From: Syncephalis fuscata S228
Taxonomy: Eukaryota > Fungi > Zoopagomycota
Length of the DNA: 64,000 nt
Reading direction: 5' to 3'
NCBI GenBank assembly: GCA_025786725.1
Contig: JAHLTZ010000005.1
Location: forward strand, 186,001 to 250,000
The stretch's first letter is position 1; each line of letters starts with the position of its first letter. Below, piece after piece: positions 29,625-43,560 of the stretch. The notes beneath the pieces are model-generated. The model did no database searches and was not told the origin of the DNA. It was given only the letters and a program-made list of their open reading frames with translations. The translations under genes were made by a program, and so were the position numbers.

Positions 29625-32231
29625 CCTGGACAGGTATACAGAAATAAAAGAATAACCTACAAGAAAGGTGATGTAGTGGGAATAGCAGAAAAGTAGTGTA
29701 ATGATAATGGTAATAAAATAGATATTAATAAGCCATTAATAGTTTTACATTTTGGGCCTATTTGGTTTTTAATTAGCAATGGCCATTTATTCATAGTCTT
29801 TTTACATTTAGCTGTTAATTTATTTCTTAACTTGTATTAAACAAATTACCAATAATTTAGTGCTATTTGGTGTTATATGACTACATCCGATAACACTCAG
29901 AAGCAATAAGGACCAAGTAATTACATTTATCAAAGTATTTTTACAGTATATAAAACTAAACGTGCTAAACTTAGCATTAATCATTGTATTGAAAAACTAG
30001 TATTTAGAAGATAGTATTGATAGATAAATTGTTTAGGTGATGGAAAGAGCAGATAAAAGGTAATACAATTGGCAGAGAGGTGACAATATATATAGCAATA
30101 TTCTAAAAATAATTGATCCAACTATTTGAACAAGTACCAGTCAAAAAATATCTCGCAGAATGCATTGCTTCTTTCAACTATCAACTAAATTTACAATACT
30201 GTTTTAAAGCAACTAACCGTAGCATAAGCAAAAGAACAAGATAGAAATAAAAAATGAAATAATTTGAATATTAGTATAAATAATAAAACACAAATAAACA
30301 TGTGTTTATTGCAATTAACATTACTAAATACAATAAAATATATTGTTTATATTTAATTGCATAAAAATTAGTCTATACTAAAAACAAGCGTAATCATATA
30401 ATAATCTGCTAATAAAGTAGCGAATTTAATAAAAAACAAAAGTCGATTTACAACAAATTTTAGTATGTTAGAGAATAAACTATTAGTAAATAGTAGCAAT
30501 ATTACGATATAATATTCATACGGACTACTATCTAAATATTGCTGCTTTGCATGAAATACATAGACTAGGATACGTAGAAATGTGCAACAGCAGCTTTAAT
30601 AACAGCCATTATAATACTTGAGTGCTTTTGTAATAAATACTGGCTCAGCTACAACAGTGCTCAACTATCATCTATAGTGTAGTATTGAACATTAAATAAT
30701 TGGACAATGCAAATGGTAATACATACTGGTAAATCTGATACCATATGTATCAGTTAACAAGTGCATTAGCAGGCTAGCAATATAACACGTGCATCAATTC
30801 TAACCAACAAGACGACAACTATATTGCCATATCGCCGGTTGCAATAGCATGACAGCCAGTTTCATATGTGCTAATACGGATTGCCGTATTGTTCATTCAT
30901 ACTATTAACCACCAAGACACAGTAGTATACGAGAGTTGGCCACAACTGATAATGGTAGCTGTGCATAAATAGCAATCATCGACAGTATTAGTAGCATAGT
31001 CAGCCATCAGATATGTCGGTATTAGTTGGTAACAGCTCACAACACTACCATTACACCATACCAATGCTCATTGATACATTGCCTAGTAATATTAATATTG
31101 CAATTGTATATAGTTAACCGCTACTTATTATCAACTAGTAGTTATAACTGCAACACTGCCACGTGTGACATAAGTGTGTTCATGATGACTCATGATGCCA
31201 CTAGCTAATCAGCAGTTAGTAATGCATGCGCTATTACGCATGATCAGCTACAAATGGCTACCGTAACAGATGGCAACAACAAACTCCATCGTGTGTCACA
31301 TTATGTCCATTAACAATTACTACAAGTATATTCATTGCATTGTTGGTGACACGATGATCACAGCCATTGTGAAAACAATATTTTAATCAATTATGGACAA
31401 ACGACTAATGCCATTGAACCACTGTTATCAAAGCGTCATTTCTTTGTAAACTACACCATTTACAGCTCACATGATCCGACATTTCTCGGCACTATTGTCC
31501 ATGTGTGTAACCATTAAACACGAGGCTTGGCCATCTTGACACAATATTCATAGGCGACAACATGTGATCTACAAAAAGTGGTCGTTTTTGACTCAGACCT
31601 GAGTACATAAAAGAACTTTCATTTGCGACTCGACGATTTAAGCTATTTTCCCACTTCTTACTCGCATATCCATTCGCTCGCCTTTCAAGCTCCCCTCTAC
31701 AGCCTTATAGCCTTTCGCTTTTCTCTGCTATCAGCCTTTTTTTCTCGTTCTCCTGATCTACCAAGCATTGATATTTCTTTTCTACTTCTACTCTGTTTGC
31801 CAGTTATCAATAGCCACTACGACTATTAGTTGTCTTGTTCCCTTTCCAGGAATTGTTTAAGAATAATACAAAACAGCCATACCAAGTTTTATCTGTGTGC
31901 TGACGCGGCCAGTATCCACGAGCCTGTGCAGCAAAAGTTTTATTAGCAATACGCTGTGTTGTAGTTTTACATTGTAAACTATAGCGTTATTGTTTAAATC
32001 CACACCGTGTTTTATCAGTACTTACGCCTATTGACTACGTAAGTGTGCATTTGCAGCGAATTGTTGCTGAATACGTTGCGAATTGCGGTTGTCAGTCTAT
32101 TTGTTTATTCGTTGTCGAATCAAATCTTTTGCTTCAAAGCGTGTATTGTTAACCAAAGAGTAACAACAAAGTTTGTCTGTACAATTGTGTCTAAGTTTAT
32201 TGCTTGTCTTGAAATACTATAATTGTAAGCC

Positions 32232-34219
32232 ATGGCATCGCGTCAGTTCTGCCCAAAGTCGTTGTTTGTTACCCGTTCGTTTTCCTCTACCACATCGTCG
32301 TCGTCTGCGTCGTCGTCTACGTCTGCATCAGCCATTGCAGCGGTAAAAGCGACGGCGAAGAAAACATCCAAAATGGATATTTTTACTACAAATACAATGC
32401 ATGGATCAAAAAAGTTGATGACGACAGCTGCTAGCTCGATTAGGAGCGTGCAAAGCAAAACAAATCGTCGCAGTTGGCCCGCTTGGCTTCCTGACTGGCT
32501 AGGTGGCAAGCGACTTGGCAGTGCATTGCAGACAAAGCCAAATGCTGTGTGTAAATCCGCGCTTTATTCTACTGCGACTACCAACTTGACAGATGGTATA
32601 TTGAATACAAATTGTTCTGGCCTAGCAGTATTTTCAACCGACGCTCACAATGTGCCTGATATCGTGAATTCTGCTATTGCTTCGCCTGTTCCTACAATCA
32701 CTTCATTAGACTCTTCTGCGTCTACAAGCAAGTCATCCCCTGTTGTCCTGGTTGCTTCTTCGAATCCAAATTATCCCCCAACAACAAAATACGCGATGGA
32801 TCTAACGTAAGTACAGCAATATTATGCCTATTGATATGTCTGCCATTGGCGTTTGTTGTTTTGCTGTGTATCTATGCATTTGTATCTATATAGGAAACTA
32901 TGTACGCGAATACATGGTTATGTTGGCGCAAGCATTGTGCATAAGCTTCTGAATGACTGTGGATATGCTATCTAAAAAATAGCGTGGTTATTTAACAGGC
33001 CAGTATTAAACTAGAGCTGGTAGATATCTTTGATTGTAAAACAACGACTAACCAACGTGATTTTATGTATAGCCGACTCGACGATGTGGACTATTTCCGC
33101 GGCCAAGTACACGTCCTTGTAAGCTCCCTACTACCCGACTGGCATGACGTCGAGGATCCAGACGCGCTGGAAATTACACGTTTGAGTGGTGCCCTTACTA
33201 ATCGTGTTTATGAAGTACGATTTCGAGACCCAAATGATACTAAACATACTTCGCGTCGTGTTCTATTGCGTGTTTATGGTAGTGGTGTGGATAAACTGTT
33301 TTCGCGTGCTAAAGAGTTAGATTGGTTACGTAAACTATCGGCGGTGGGACTTGGCCCTCGCTTGTTGGCTGTGTTTGGCAATGGCCGATTGGAGGAATAT
33401 TTCCGATCGGTTACATTGACGCGTGATGATCTTCGTGATCCTTTAACGTGTCAAAAAATAGCGCAGTGTATGGCGCAATTGCATAAATTGGGACAGACTT
33501 ATCCTTCGCCAGAAGGCAATCATGGTGATTGGCCTGTAGCTACACGCCAATGGCTTCCGCATGTACGCGAACTGATGGCAAAAATGTCTGATGCCTCAAT
33601 TGAGCGATTACAGCAAGTACTTGGTACTAATGAGTCACCAGACAAGCTATTGGAACGATTGGAGCGTGAATTTGATGCTTATGAGGCGGCGGCTAAACGA
33701 GCCAATTCACCAATTGTTTTGTGTCATAACGATGTAAGTAGTATTGAATGCAGAATTGTATTACGTTTAATTAGACTGACATGAGTATTATAACAGTTGC
33801 AATATGGCAATATCCTACGATTACGTGATGCGCCTAACTCACTAGTACTGATTGATTTTGAATATGCTGGATATAATCCACGCGGATACGACATTGCTAA
33901 TCATTTTTGTGAGTGGATGGCCGACTACCATGGACCTACGCCGCATCAGTTGAATCCGGCCGACTTCCCAGACAAGACTGCGCGCCATCGGTTTTTACAC
34001 GCCTATCTAACAGAACTGCTAGATCGCACACCAACCGACGACGAAGTGGATGCACTCTGGAAAGAGGTGGAACAATTTGTTCCTTGCTCGCATCTTTTAT
34101 GGTCACTCTGGGGCTTATTGCAAGCTGACCGTGAAGATATTGACTTTGATTATCTTTCCTATGGTGCTCAGCGGCTTCGGCTTTCTCATGAATATGCCGA
34201 ACGGCTTGGTTTTTGGTAG
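32232..34219 (+). CDS. Choline/ethanolamine kinase with long N-terminal extension
   Basis: LSGALTN, VLLRVYG, F.NGRLEEY, CHND|LQYGNIL, LIDFEYAGYNPRGYDIANHFCEW; introns 32807-33072 and 33734-33796. Confidence 0.93.
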
Positions 34220-35082
34220 CAAGGTTGTTTTAATATTCGGTATTCAATTATTAATAAATATTCATATATCAGTAATCGCTATTACTATTTAGCCACAGTT
34301 AATCATAGTTTATTGGTTAATATACACACTTGTACATACAATTTAATAAACAATGTTTATCATGCCAATTGCAAATATTATAATGTTATACTATAACTAA
34401 ATTAAGTAATAACAATACTATACAAACACTTCTCCATTATGTTGATAGAATCAATAAATACCCATTATATGCTTCTCTATCAATCTTACATAATAATAAC
34501 AATATGTCATCTATAGCAATAAAACTAACAGTCATTAGTTGATTACTTTGCATACAAATAATTTACCAAATCTATAACAATAATAATAAGTGGCCAAATA
34601 CAATATTATTTCAATAAACCGATAATTAAGTCATCGATATAATAGCATAATCTTATACAGGACTAAATGAAGATTTTAGCTATATGTGTAAGTCTGCAAC
34701 ATGCAAAAGGTAGAGTGTGGTGGGAAGTGGCCAAATGCAGTACGTATGCATTACGGATAGTCAACTAGTTAAACATGTAGACAACTAATAAAATAAGACT
34801 TATTATTAAGAGGCAAGCAGTAGTCGGAAAGCTATAATGTTATTTAGCCATATGATGTGTTATTAACGATATAACCGAATATTATAACTGTGGGTGATAA
34901 GTAATCGTATTAGGATAACTATTGTTTTATCGGCAAGCATTTCACTGATGTGTAATAGCTAGCACATCAATGTTGAATAAAATAGAGCGAACGAATGCGT
35001 AAAAGGTGTAATATGTTAATATTAATGCGCATTAGTAGACACAGCACTACAGTGTAAAAACAATCACAGTTGTAACAATAAC

Positions 35083-35825
35083 TTTACATAAAATAAAGCA
35101 AATTGCTTGATATTCTGCACAAGTATACATACAACATATAGGTAGCCATTGGTAAAGTATACCGCAATTGTATTATAAGCTGATATCATGGTTGCAATAA
35201 TACACTAATAAATGTACAAAAATAGCAGTTTTTTACAGATCATGGCTTACATAACTAAAATACAGCAAAATGGTTGCTGGATTCGAGTTCTCCGTGCTTA
35301 GTTATACAGACTGGGTTGATTTACATAACAATATTTTTGCAACAAAAGAGTCAAAAATGCAATTTACGGTAAATTATTAACCAATTGTTTATGTTTTAAA
35401 GATAATTTAATGTGAAAATTTGTATACTAATTGCTATTATGCTTGTTTTATGCGTAGCGTGCTTTAAATTTACTTATACCAATTTCACTTTAATATTAAA
35501 TCTTTAAAACCATCAAACTTTTTGCTTCAATAATTTACGTAAATTGCATTTTGACTAACTTTTGTTGCAAAAATTATTGTTATGTAAATCAACCCAGTCT
35601 GTATAACTAAGCACGGAGAACTCGAATCCAGCAACCATTTTGCTGTATTTTAGTTATGTAAGCCATGATCTGTAAAAAACTGCTATTTTTGTACATTTGT
35701 TAGTGTATTATTGCAACCATGATATCAGCTTATAATACAATTGCGGTACACTTTACCAATGGCTACCTATATGTTGTATGTATACTTGTGCAGAATATCA
35801 AGCAATTTGCTTTATTTTATGTAAA
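35083..35825. repeat. Long near-perfect inverted repeat (arms ~290 bp, spacer ~150 bp)
   Basis: 35083-~35378 is the reverse complement of ~35529-35825 with only a few mismatches and indels. Confidence 0.95.
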
Positions 35826-37327
35826 ATCATAATAACTACTATTGGTTTTTAATTTGGACTCACTGAATTACACCACTAAATTACATAAGTTATATTTTTA
35901 AAACATTGACACGATAGTTTCCCATTTTATATTTGTAAACTAGCGCTCTATTTACATTCAAAACGTTACAACTATACTAGCCTATTTTTCAGCGGTCATA
36001 ACTATTAGAAGTAAAAATATACTATTTTACAACAGCCATATTGCTACTATCTTGCTACTATGCCCATACTGCTATGAGAATGTGTCTAATAAACACAGCA
36101 TGTGCCTAAACAGTTTGTTAAGATTACATGTAGATATTCATAATAATAATAAATACATTAATTAGCAGCACTAATTACTAACAATAAACAACTATTAAAT
36201 AGTATAGCCGGTAAGTATTTGTTCGTTGTAAACATACGAACAGTTGCATAAAGTGATATGCTGTGTTGATGATGAAATAATACAACCATTCAGGCTTTAT
36301 TATTGGCTACGTTTAATATAAAATGATAACTTTATTTAATATCAGCAAAATATATTCATTCTAGTTCCATTTATTTTTTTAATTCTATATAAATTGTTCA
36401 ATCTATTATGGCTAAGCCGTAGTAATTAATGGCCAATAATAAATGTTTATTATCGAATTAATATCGACTAACCAACACATTGTATTCTAAATGTTAAGGT
36501 GAGCGCTAACAAGCATCATACAATAACATTATAGGGTGACGTCTGGATAATCCGTTTCTTAATCATCTACATTGTAACTTTCAATTAAAGTTGTAACAAT
36601 GTGTAGTAGTTATATATATCATTGTTGGTTAAAATGAATATGTAAGCAATAATAGAAAAAAACAATTATATTGTTATACTAGTACAACTGTTGCCTTATT
36701 AATAAATACTTTAGTGATTTATAGTAATTAAAACATCGTTATTAGTTGAGAAATGGCATAGCATACTAATACTGATGTGTTTACTAATACAAATCATTGT
36801 GGTGTAAAATAATATAAATTAATTAGAATTATTGTCGTCAAAGTCACTACTTTCTGACTATCGTAGATTTGATCAATAGAATGTGTTGTTAGATAAGACA
36901 GTTCAACAATTGGATTAAGATATCGTTTATTGTTTAATAAAATGAGTTGGTTTTTATACTAAAATAATTAGTATAGCCGGTGATAATAGTAATAATAATA
37001 GTAATAATAATAGTAATAATGATACTATGAGTCGGCGATCATCGTCATAAGATCATGGGTTAGTCAGGAGTGATTCATATGGCTAGTCATCGGATTGATC
37101 ATATGAATAGATAATTCATATGACTAGTCATATGTGAATACTTAGTGCTGGGTAGTGTGGTGTGTGGTGTGTAATTAGTCAGCAAAATTCAAAGTCGACA
37201 TTATGACATTTCTGCATAAAATAATGCGTAAAAATTGTCAAAATTGTGACAAGCGAGGCCATTTTAGTGTAAAATTTACTGCTTACCAAAGCAAAATATT
37301 ACTGGTAGTAGTAAGTGGCAGCAAAAA

Positions 37328-37401
37328 TGTTTCGGCCCGGGCTCGAACCGGGGACCTTACGCGTGTGAGGCGTACGTGATAACCAACTACACCACCGAAA
37401 C
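37328..37401 (-). tRNA. tRNA-Val(CAC)
   Basis: GTTTCGG acceptor stem, TAGTTGG D-arm, CT-CAC-AC anticodon loop, GGTTCGAGCC T-arm, followed by TTTTT Pol III terminator. Confidence 0.97.
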
Positions 37402-40400
37402 AGCCATAAATTGGAGGGCATTTTTTAAAATATAGACCAAAAATTAAATTAAATTAAAATTTGTTTTATTACTTTAATATACATATTATTAAAACTAACA
37501 TGCTATTTCATATGTAATTATGCTGCTAGAATGCTAACTTAATTATCAGATTATTGAAATAATAAACGCTATATTTTGCCACTTTTTATTGCTATAACTT
37601 TTTTTCTTTATTTGTTAGTTCGTTTTCATTTGCACCCAACAACGTTTACTATTCATACATCTAATGTTTCTACTACATACTAGCTATTCCATAAACTATA
37701 ATTTATAAGCAATAGTGGTATACCATATGGACTTGTAAACAATAGATAATAATTTAATTAAAATGTATTATAGTTGTTATTAAATTATTTATTTAAATAA
37801 TGTACCAATATTACTTATTGTAGTCATAGTATAAACTATAGTATTTGTGGTTGTTATTATAAATACTACTTATTAAATTGAAGGTATAATTGTGTATATT
37901 GCTTAATAAATTATGATCAGCCTTGGCTTAGTAATAATAGCGATATATAATCATACATTTAATTAAATACTATTTTTTTCTTAATTAATACAATAAAATA
38001 TTATCAACAGCTTTCACTGTCGATTCTTCTGATATCATTGTGCAAACTTGTTATTTCTTTTGCTGATTAAAGTGTTTAAAGACATAGTTCAATAAATAAA
38101 ATAGGTTTAAATTTACAGCTAATAAAGCTAGTATTAAATATATAATAGTTTTGAATATTGCGTAATGGCTATATGATAGAGCAAAAAATACATAATATTT
38201 AATACACAATAAGTAGGATAAATAAATAAAGTGTATTAAAATCATAGCAAACATAATATGTCTGGTATATATAAAATAATATAGCTGAATAAAGGGTGTA
38301 TCTGTACAAGATAACGATAATGATAAATTTATGGTTTAAAAACCACACATTGTCGCATAATCGATAACGTGCTAAGTTAAAACATTACTGCTTTAATAAT
38401 TAAAAACAACAAAATGACTGAGCCACGCACAATTATGATCTTGTACATAAATAACAGGTTAACTTTGCGATAATTGCTTATTTTATATGGATACAAAATT
38501 ACCTGTTTAATAGCTTGTAATTTGATTAATTAAAAAATTGAATAGTTAATTATTCTATTATTTCAACATATTGGCACAGTTCAATGGTTTGATAAATTGG
38601 GACAGTTTTAAATATAGCTAGTAATTCAAATGATCAATGGCAATGTTTCTAAGTATTAGTATAGTAATAGCTATGTACTGTAATAAACAGTGCTGGAATG
38701 GTAAAAAAGCAGCTAAGGAAAAACTTGAGCAACATTTCCTTTACTAGGTATTATAGGTCCTATAATCGCGTAATAGTACTGTATACTTAATTAATTTAGT
38801 AGCTCGCTTGCAAATGCCACGAGTTTTATGAAGGTCATTAAGCAATCGACATCATTATTTAAAAATAAACTGAATTAGGTACTATTTACGTGCTGGCTAT
38901 AAATGAGTAATATTACACACATAAATATCACGTGATAATATACTATGTAATTAATGCACATTACTAAGTATGGAAATAGACATAATTAAGTTTATAGTTT
39001 TTGAGTATTATCTGACTGGAATAGTGATAGCATTTCAATTGATAAAGTAATATTTTAAAAGCTCTCTGCATTTAAAATATTAAGCGTCATTATCTATCAC
39101 ATTTTATTTAGCAGTATTAGTTTGTTCGATTGTGCTTGTTAGCACATTATCATATAATAACTGGCACTTGAAGCAGCATGCTGATTTGTCCATAAATATG
39201 CACCTGTGCATACTGAGAACACACACACTCCAACTCATCCATACGCATGCACACGTCGTTTGTGCCTGATAGGTAGATGAATAGACGGCAGCAACGACAT
39301 CAGCGACTAAAAAGCAGCAGTCGCACATGGTCAAAGACTAGGATTGATGAATAACAACAACTCAAATGAATATCGCCGAGTATCTCGTTTTGTAATTAAA
39401 ACCTTGATTGTGTTATTGTTACAATGTTTATCATAATTATAAATAGATTGTTATTATTCGTGCTAATATTAACGGGCCTAGGAATGAATAAACAATGTAG
39501 TGCGTATGGATGAAAGAATAAAAGAATGAAAGAATGCTACTTTAGTGTGTATGGATGAATCTATGAATGGCTCCATGGATGAAAGATAATGATTGAACTC
39601 CGCCTTTGCGTTGCTTCATTTGATTTGTTACCACGCTGCTTTGTTCTAAAAACTATCCTCTGGTTGGTTTTTGATCAAAAGGTAGATAGGCTATCGTTGC
39701 AGCATGAACGGCGTCTGCTCCATCTATTGCTTATAATTACGCTTTGTCTTGCACTGTAGACATGCCAGTCCCTGAATCACTATTCTCCATCTAATAGTTA
39801 TTGTAACAGTAGCTTTTGATCTCCGTCTTCTTGTGCATGTGTCTGTTTCATTCTAACAAAAATACAATCCCATTCTTTATCAATTTTCTTGCCTTTACAG
39901 TTACAGCTATTATTATTATTTTTATTATTACCATTGTGTGATCAATAAGCATAATAATAATAATAAACCTTGATACTTTCAACTCATCCACACACCCACC
40001 CACCCACACGATTATCTGACTTACAACTTTTCTTCCGGTTAGCATTCCGTTTCACTGCTTTCATCGGAATTTTTGTCATTGTTGCAATTGCTTGTATCTT
40101 TGGTGGCTAGCCTACTTGCTCAATTCCTTTCCTCTTCATTCCTTCATTCTCCTTTTACGCGAGTAGCTACTGAGCAGTTGTAGTTGTGGCCGTGGCTATT
40201 GTAGTGCTGACGTCTTATCTCTCTCCCTCCGTTTCGTCAATATATACACCGTTGATACAGCGGACTATCGTTATTTCAACGCACGCCCTCTTTACTGCCA
40301 CTATTGCCACCATTACTACTGTTGCGGCTGCTATCGGTACTGATTCCCCATAGTGTTTCTATTACCGTTTATCATCTGCTTACCCCCGCGGCTATCGCAA

Positions 40401-40470
40401 CCACATCTGGCTGACTTGACGGCTAAAGGGTGCTTGTTATAGCGCCTGATACTACCGTGCAGCACCACTG

Positions 40471-43099
40471 ATGGACTATTTTTCCAAGTTTAAGCGCAAT
40501 GTGGGCACCACGCCCACCAACCGAGCCAAGCCAACGGCTGTAATGCAGCTGGCTAAATTCCATAAGTGCTGGAACTACGTGCATGTAAGTTATTCGCGGT
40601 ATCTATCATTGGATACACTCTACGTGGATTGTATTATTAATGGATATTAATTCATTTAATGATCCATTTACACACTAGAATTTATACTTTATTGAGGATA
40701 AAAAGGCCCAGGTCAATGTGCAACAAACGCCGATTCCACAGCATTTGCGATCGATGGTAGACATTCTAGTGGATGAAGAAATCCGACTTGATGAAGATCA
40801 AACAGGTCTTTGCATGGAGTACTTGCTAAAGAACAATGTACTTACTATTCTGGTCAATATTGCATCGTCAAATTTCCCGCAAGGCGTACGCGGCGAAGTA
40901 GTACGCTGTATCGCGAGTATGATCAATTTACTTGATGACAAATTCCTTGTCCATAACGCGGTGTTCAAACCGACGCTTAAACTGATTCGTATGTGTGTTA
41001 AAGAGACACAGAACGATGAAACGCATCATGAAGATTTAATGGAATTGATGTACGTTATTTGCAGTAAGATCCACGGCTATCCCGACTTGCTTAATATCTT
41101 TTTCCATGACCGTACATGGCTGCGTACACCTTGGAAGAAGACCCTTACGGCCGAACAATGGATGGATGTGATGCGAACAAATGCATCGGCCAATAGTCCA
41201 ACTGGCACGACACGTCGTCGCCTATTTAGTACGGCCAAGATTGCCGCAGCTGCTACACATCGCACCGACGACCCTGATACCGACTCGATATTAAGTAAAG
41301 ATGCAGCGATTGCTGATGCATACGTAGCCTCAGGAGCTGGTTCGGCCGCATCGAAGCGTATGTCGATGATGTCGGTTATGTCGTATGCATCCGATCTACA
41401 GCCAGATACACCAGTAACACCTAAGCCAGATTATGAATTCGCTTTATTCAGCTATCTATTAGGCTATGTACACCGTGAAGGCAAAGCGGGAGATTATGCT
41501 AGAACAGCCATTTTATTTATCATTGAGCTGGCTACTGGCTCACTAGGCGACTATCTATTGCAAAGCAGTTCATTCCCGGCCATTACTGCAGCCGGGATTG
41601 GTGCGCTCTTTTCACAGCTACCACGCTCATTCATGCATGATGAAGATGGCAACGAGTCGGAATCAATTGATTTCCACCGAAAGCTTGATGCATTTGCTAA
41701 AGAACTCGAGTTCTGCCAGGATGTACTTGACCGCTGTCCAACACCGGCCATTTCGCAAGCATTACTAGCCAATATTCGCCGTGTATTTCTAGAGAATATT
41801 ATCTGGCCAAGTCTAACCACCTGTTCAGATGCAGATGGCTCAGCCGAAGCAGCCATCAGCTATTTGGACGTTATTTTACGTAATCTACGCCAGCCTGATA
41901 TGATCGATCTGGTACTTAGCTATCTTGGCCTACCCCTCGATATTGGCGATGACGATGACGATGAAGACAATGCAAATATTACAAAACGTGAAAAGAGCGA
42001 ATCATCACCGCCATCATCATCCTCTAGCCGGAAACTGAGTGACGATGCCATGGATATCGATGATAACGGTTCGCCAGCCGATGGGTTCCTATTGTCCAAT
42101 CTTGTGCTTACTTTATTGAATTCGACATCAGAACCAACAGTTACTGTAACACTTCACCTTCTTGAAACACTGCTAACGCTGCATTGTTCACGTACACGTC
42201 GATTGGTCGGTGGTGCCCGTATTAAACACATAACACCACATCGTATTGAAGATCACCGTCGCGAGCTAGATTTGTATATGTCGGTTGCCGGAATGCTTAA
42301 TCCGGACCTAACACGCGACGATGATGCATTCTCTGAAGGTTATGACCGCTATTTACATGACGCGGAGGGTATTGTTGAGACGCATCGAATAGCGCATGAA
42401 ATGACCGGTGCTTGTCCACCACGCTACCGTGTCGATCCAGAGGCAGCATTACCACGCTCTCTTAATCGTTTACTTACGAATTACTACACTAATTCACGTC
42501 GAATGAATTTGGCATTGTCGGGCGTGGTCGCCGCATTGGCCCATTGTCAGTATCGTGACGTGGATGGATGGATGGCGTGCATTAGCCAGCCTATTAATAA
42601 ACGCAGTCGCGGTGGTGCCGCTAACCGTCGTCGTCGCCGTCGCCGTCAGCCTCGTGGCTCGTTCGATCAAGCAGGCTTTTTATCCGATGACGATATATTT
42701 GCCTCGGATGATGATGCTGCTTCTGGCTCGACCGCATATGAAGACGACGATACCGAGGAAACGACCGAGGAAGGCACGACCGATACCGATACACTGGCCA
42801 GTCGAGATAATGGTGTGCCGCCACCACCCGTGCTTTACTGTACACTTGAGCTACTAAGCGGCAAGGTACTTGAATTACGTTCGCGCAATCCCGAATTCGA
42901 CACGTATCTACGTGAACGACGCAAAGGCATTCGTCAGCCGCACTTATCGGTCATTCCGCGCCGAGTCGACGATGCAAGCGGCCGACAGCTTAGCGATCTT
43001 ATTGACTCGACACTAATGCTCGAGGAAGTTTGCAAGGAGTGGCTTAGTTTGGTACAAGTGCGTCGTAGTGTAGGTTTGGATGCTGTAGCTTATTATTAA
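40471..43099 (+). CDS. FHIP/FAM160 (RAI16-like) subunit of the FTS-Hook-FHIP complex
   Basis: CMEYLLKNNVL, LCSKI-like segment, LFSYLLGYVHREGKAGDYART, Y.NS..MNLALSGV; intron 40585-40678. Confidence 0.88.
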
Positions 43100-43259
43100 A
43101 GCGAACAATTGGTTTCAGTTTTATTACATGTACGTTGGCTTAGTGGTGGTAGAGCGATGTTATAATGATCAGTATTTGTGTTATAAGTAAAGTGTTGGTC
43201 AAGTGTATATAATGTTACTATTGTTGTGTCATTTAATATATCATGTATCGATTTTTGTT

Positions 43260-43560
43260 ATTATTTATTAAACATTATTATTATTTGGGGGATAAATGAC
43301 TTTAGTTGATAACATTCGCGCAACTTAACTACATATTTGTTCTATTGAACATGGCGCTGGGTGATGAGTGACATTAGTCATCAGAATACTTATCATCATA
43401 GATTCATTATTCAGTACGCATATATCCTTTATTCACCTATATCCTTTATCCATCCATACCATTCTCATTATATTCCATACTACCATATATCACTCTATGC
43501 TATACTAGACACAATTTATTCTTTATATGTTCCAATACAATTTACTCATTCCACTTGGTA
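43260..43560. mobile_element. Left part of a MITE-like family copy
   Basis: Similar to 18340-18570 (ctattgaacatg, catcatagatt.attattcagta.gcatatatcc, tttatatgttccaata). Confidence 0.6.

Noticed and set aside
35272-35297. tRNA T-arm-like GGTTGCTGGATTCGAGTTC in the inverted repeat arm
   Set aside because: No cloverleaf or A box can be built; the resemblance is too short
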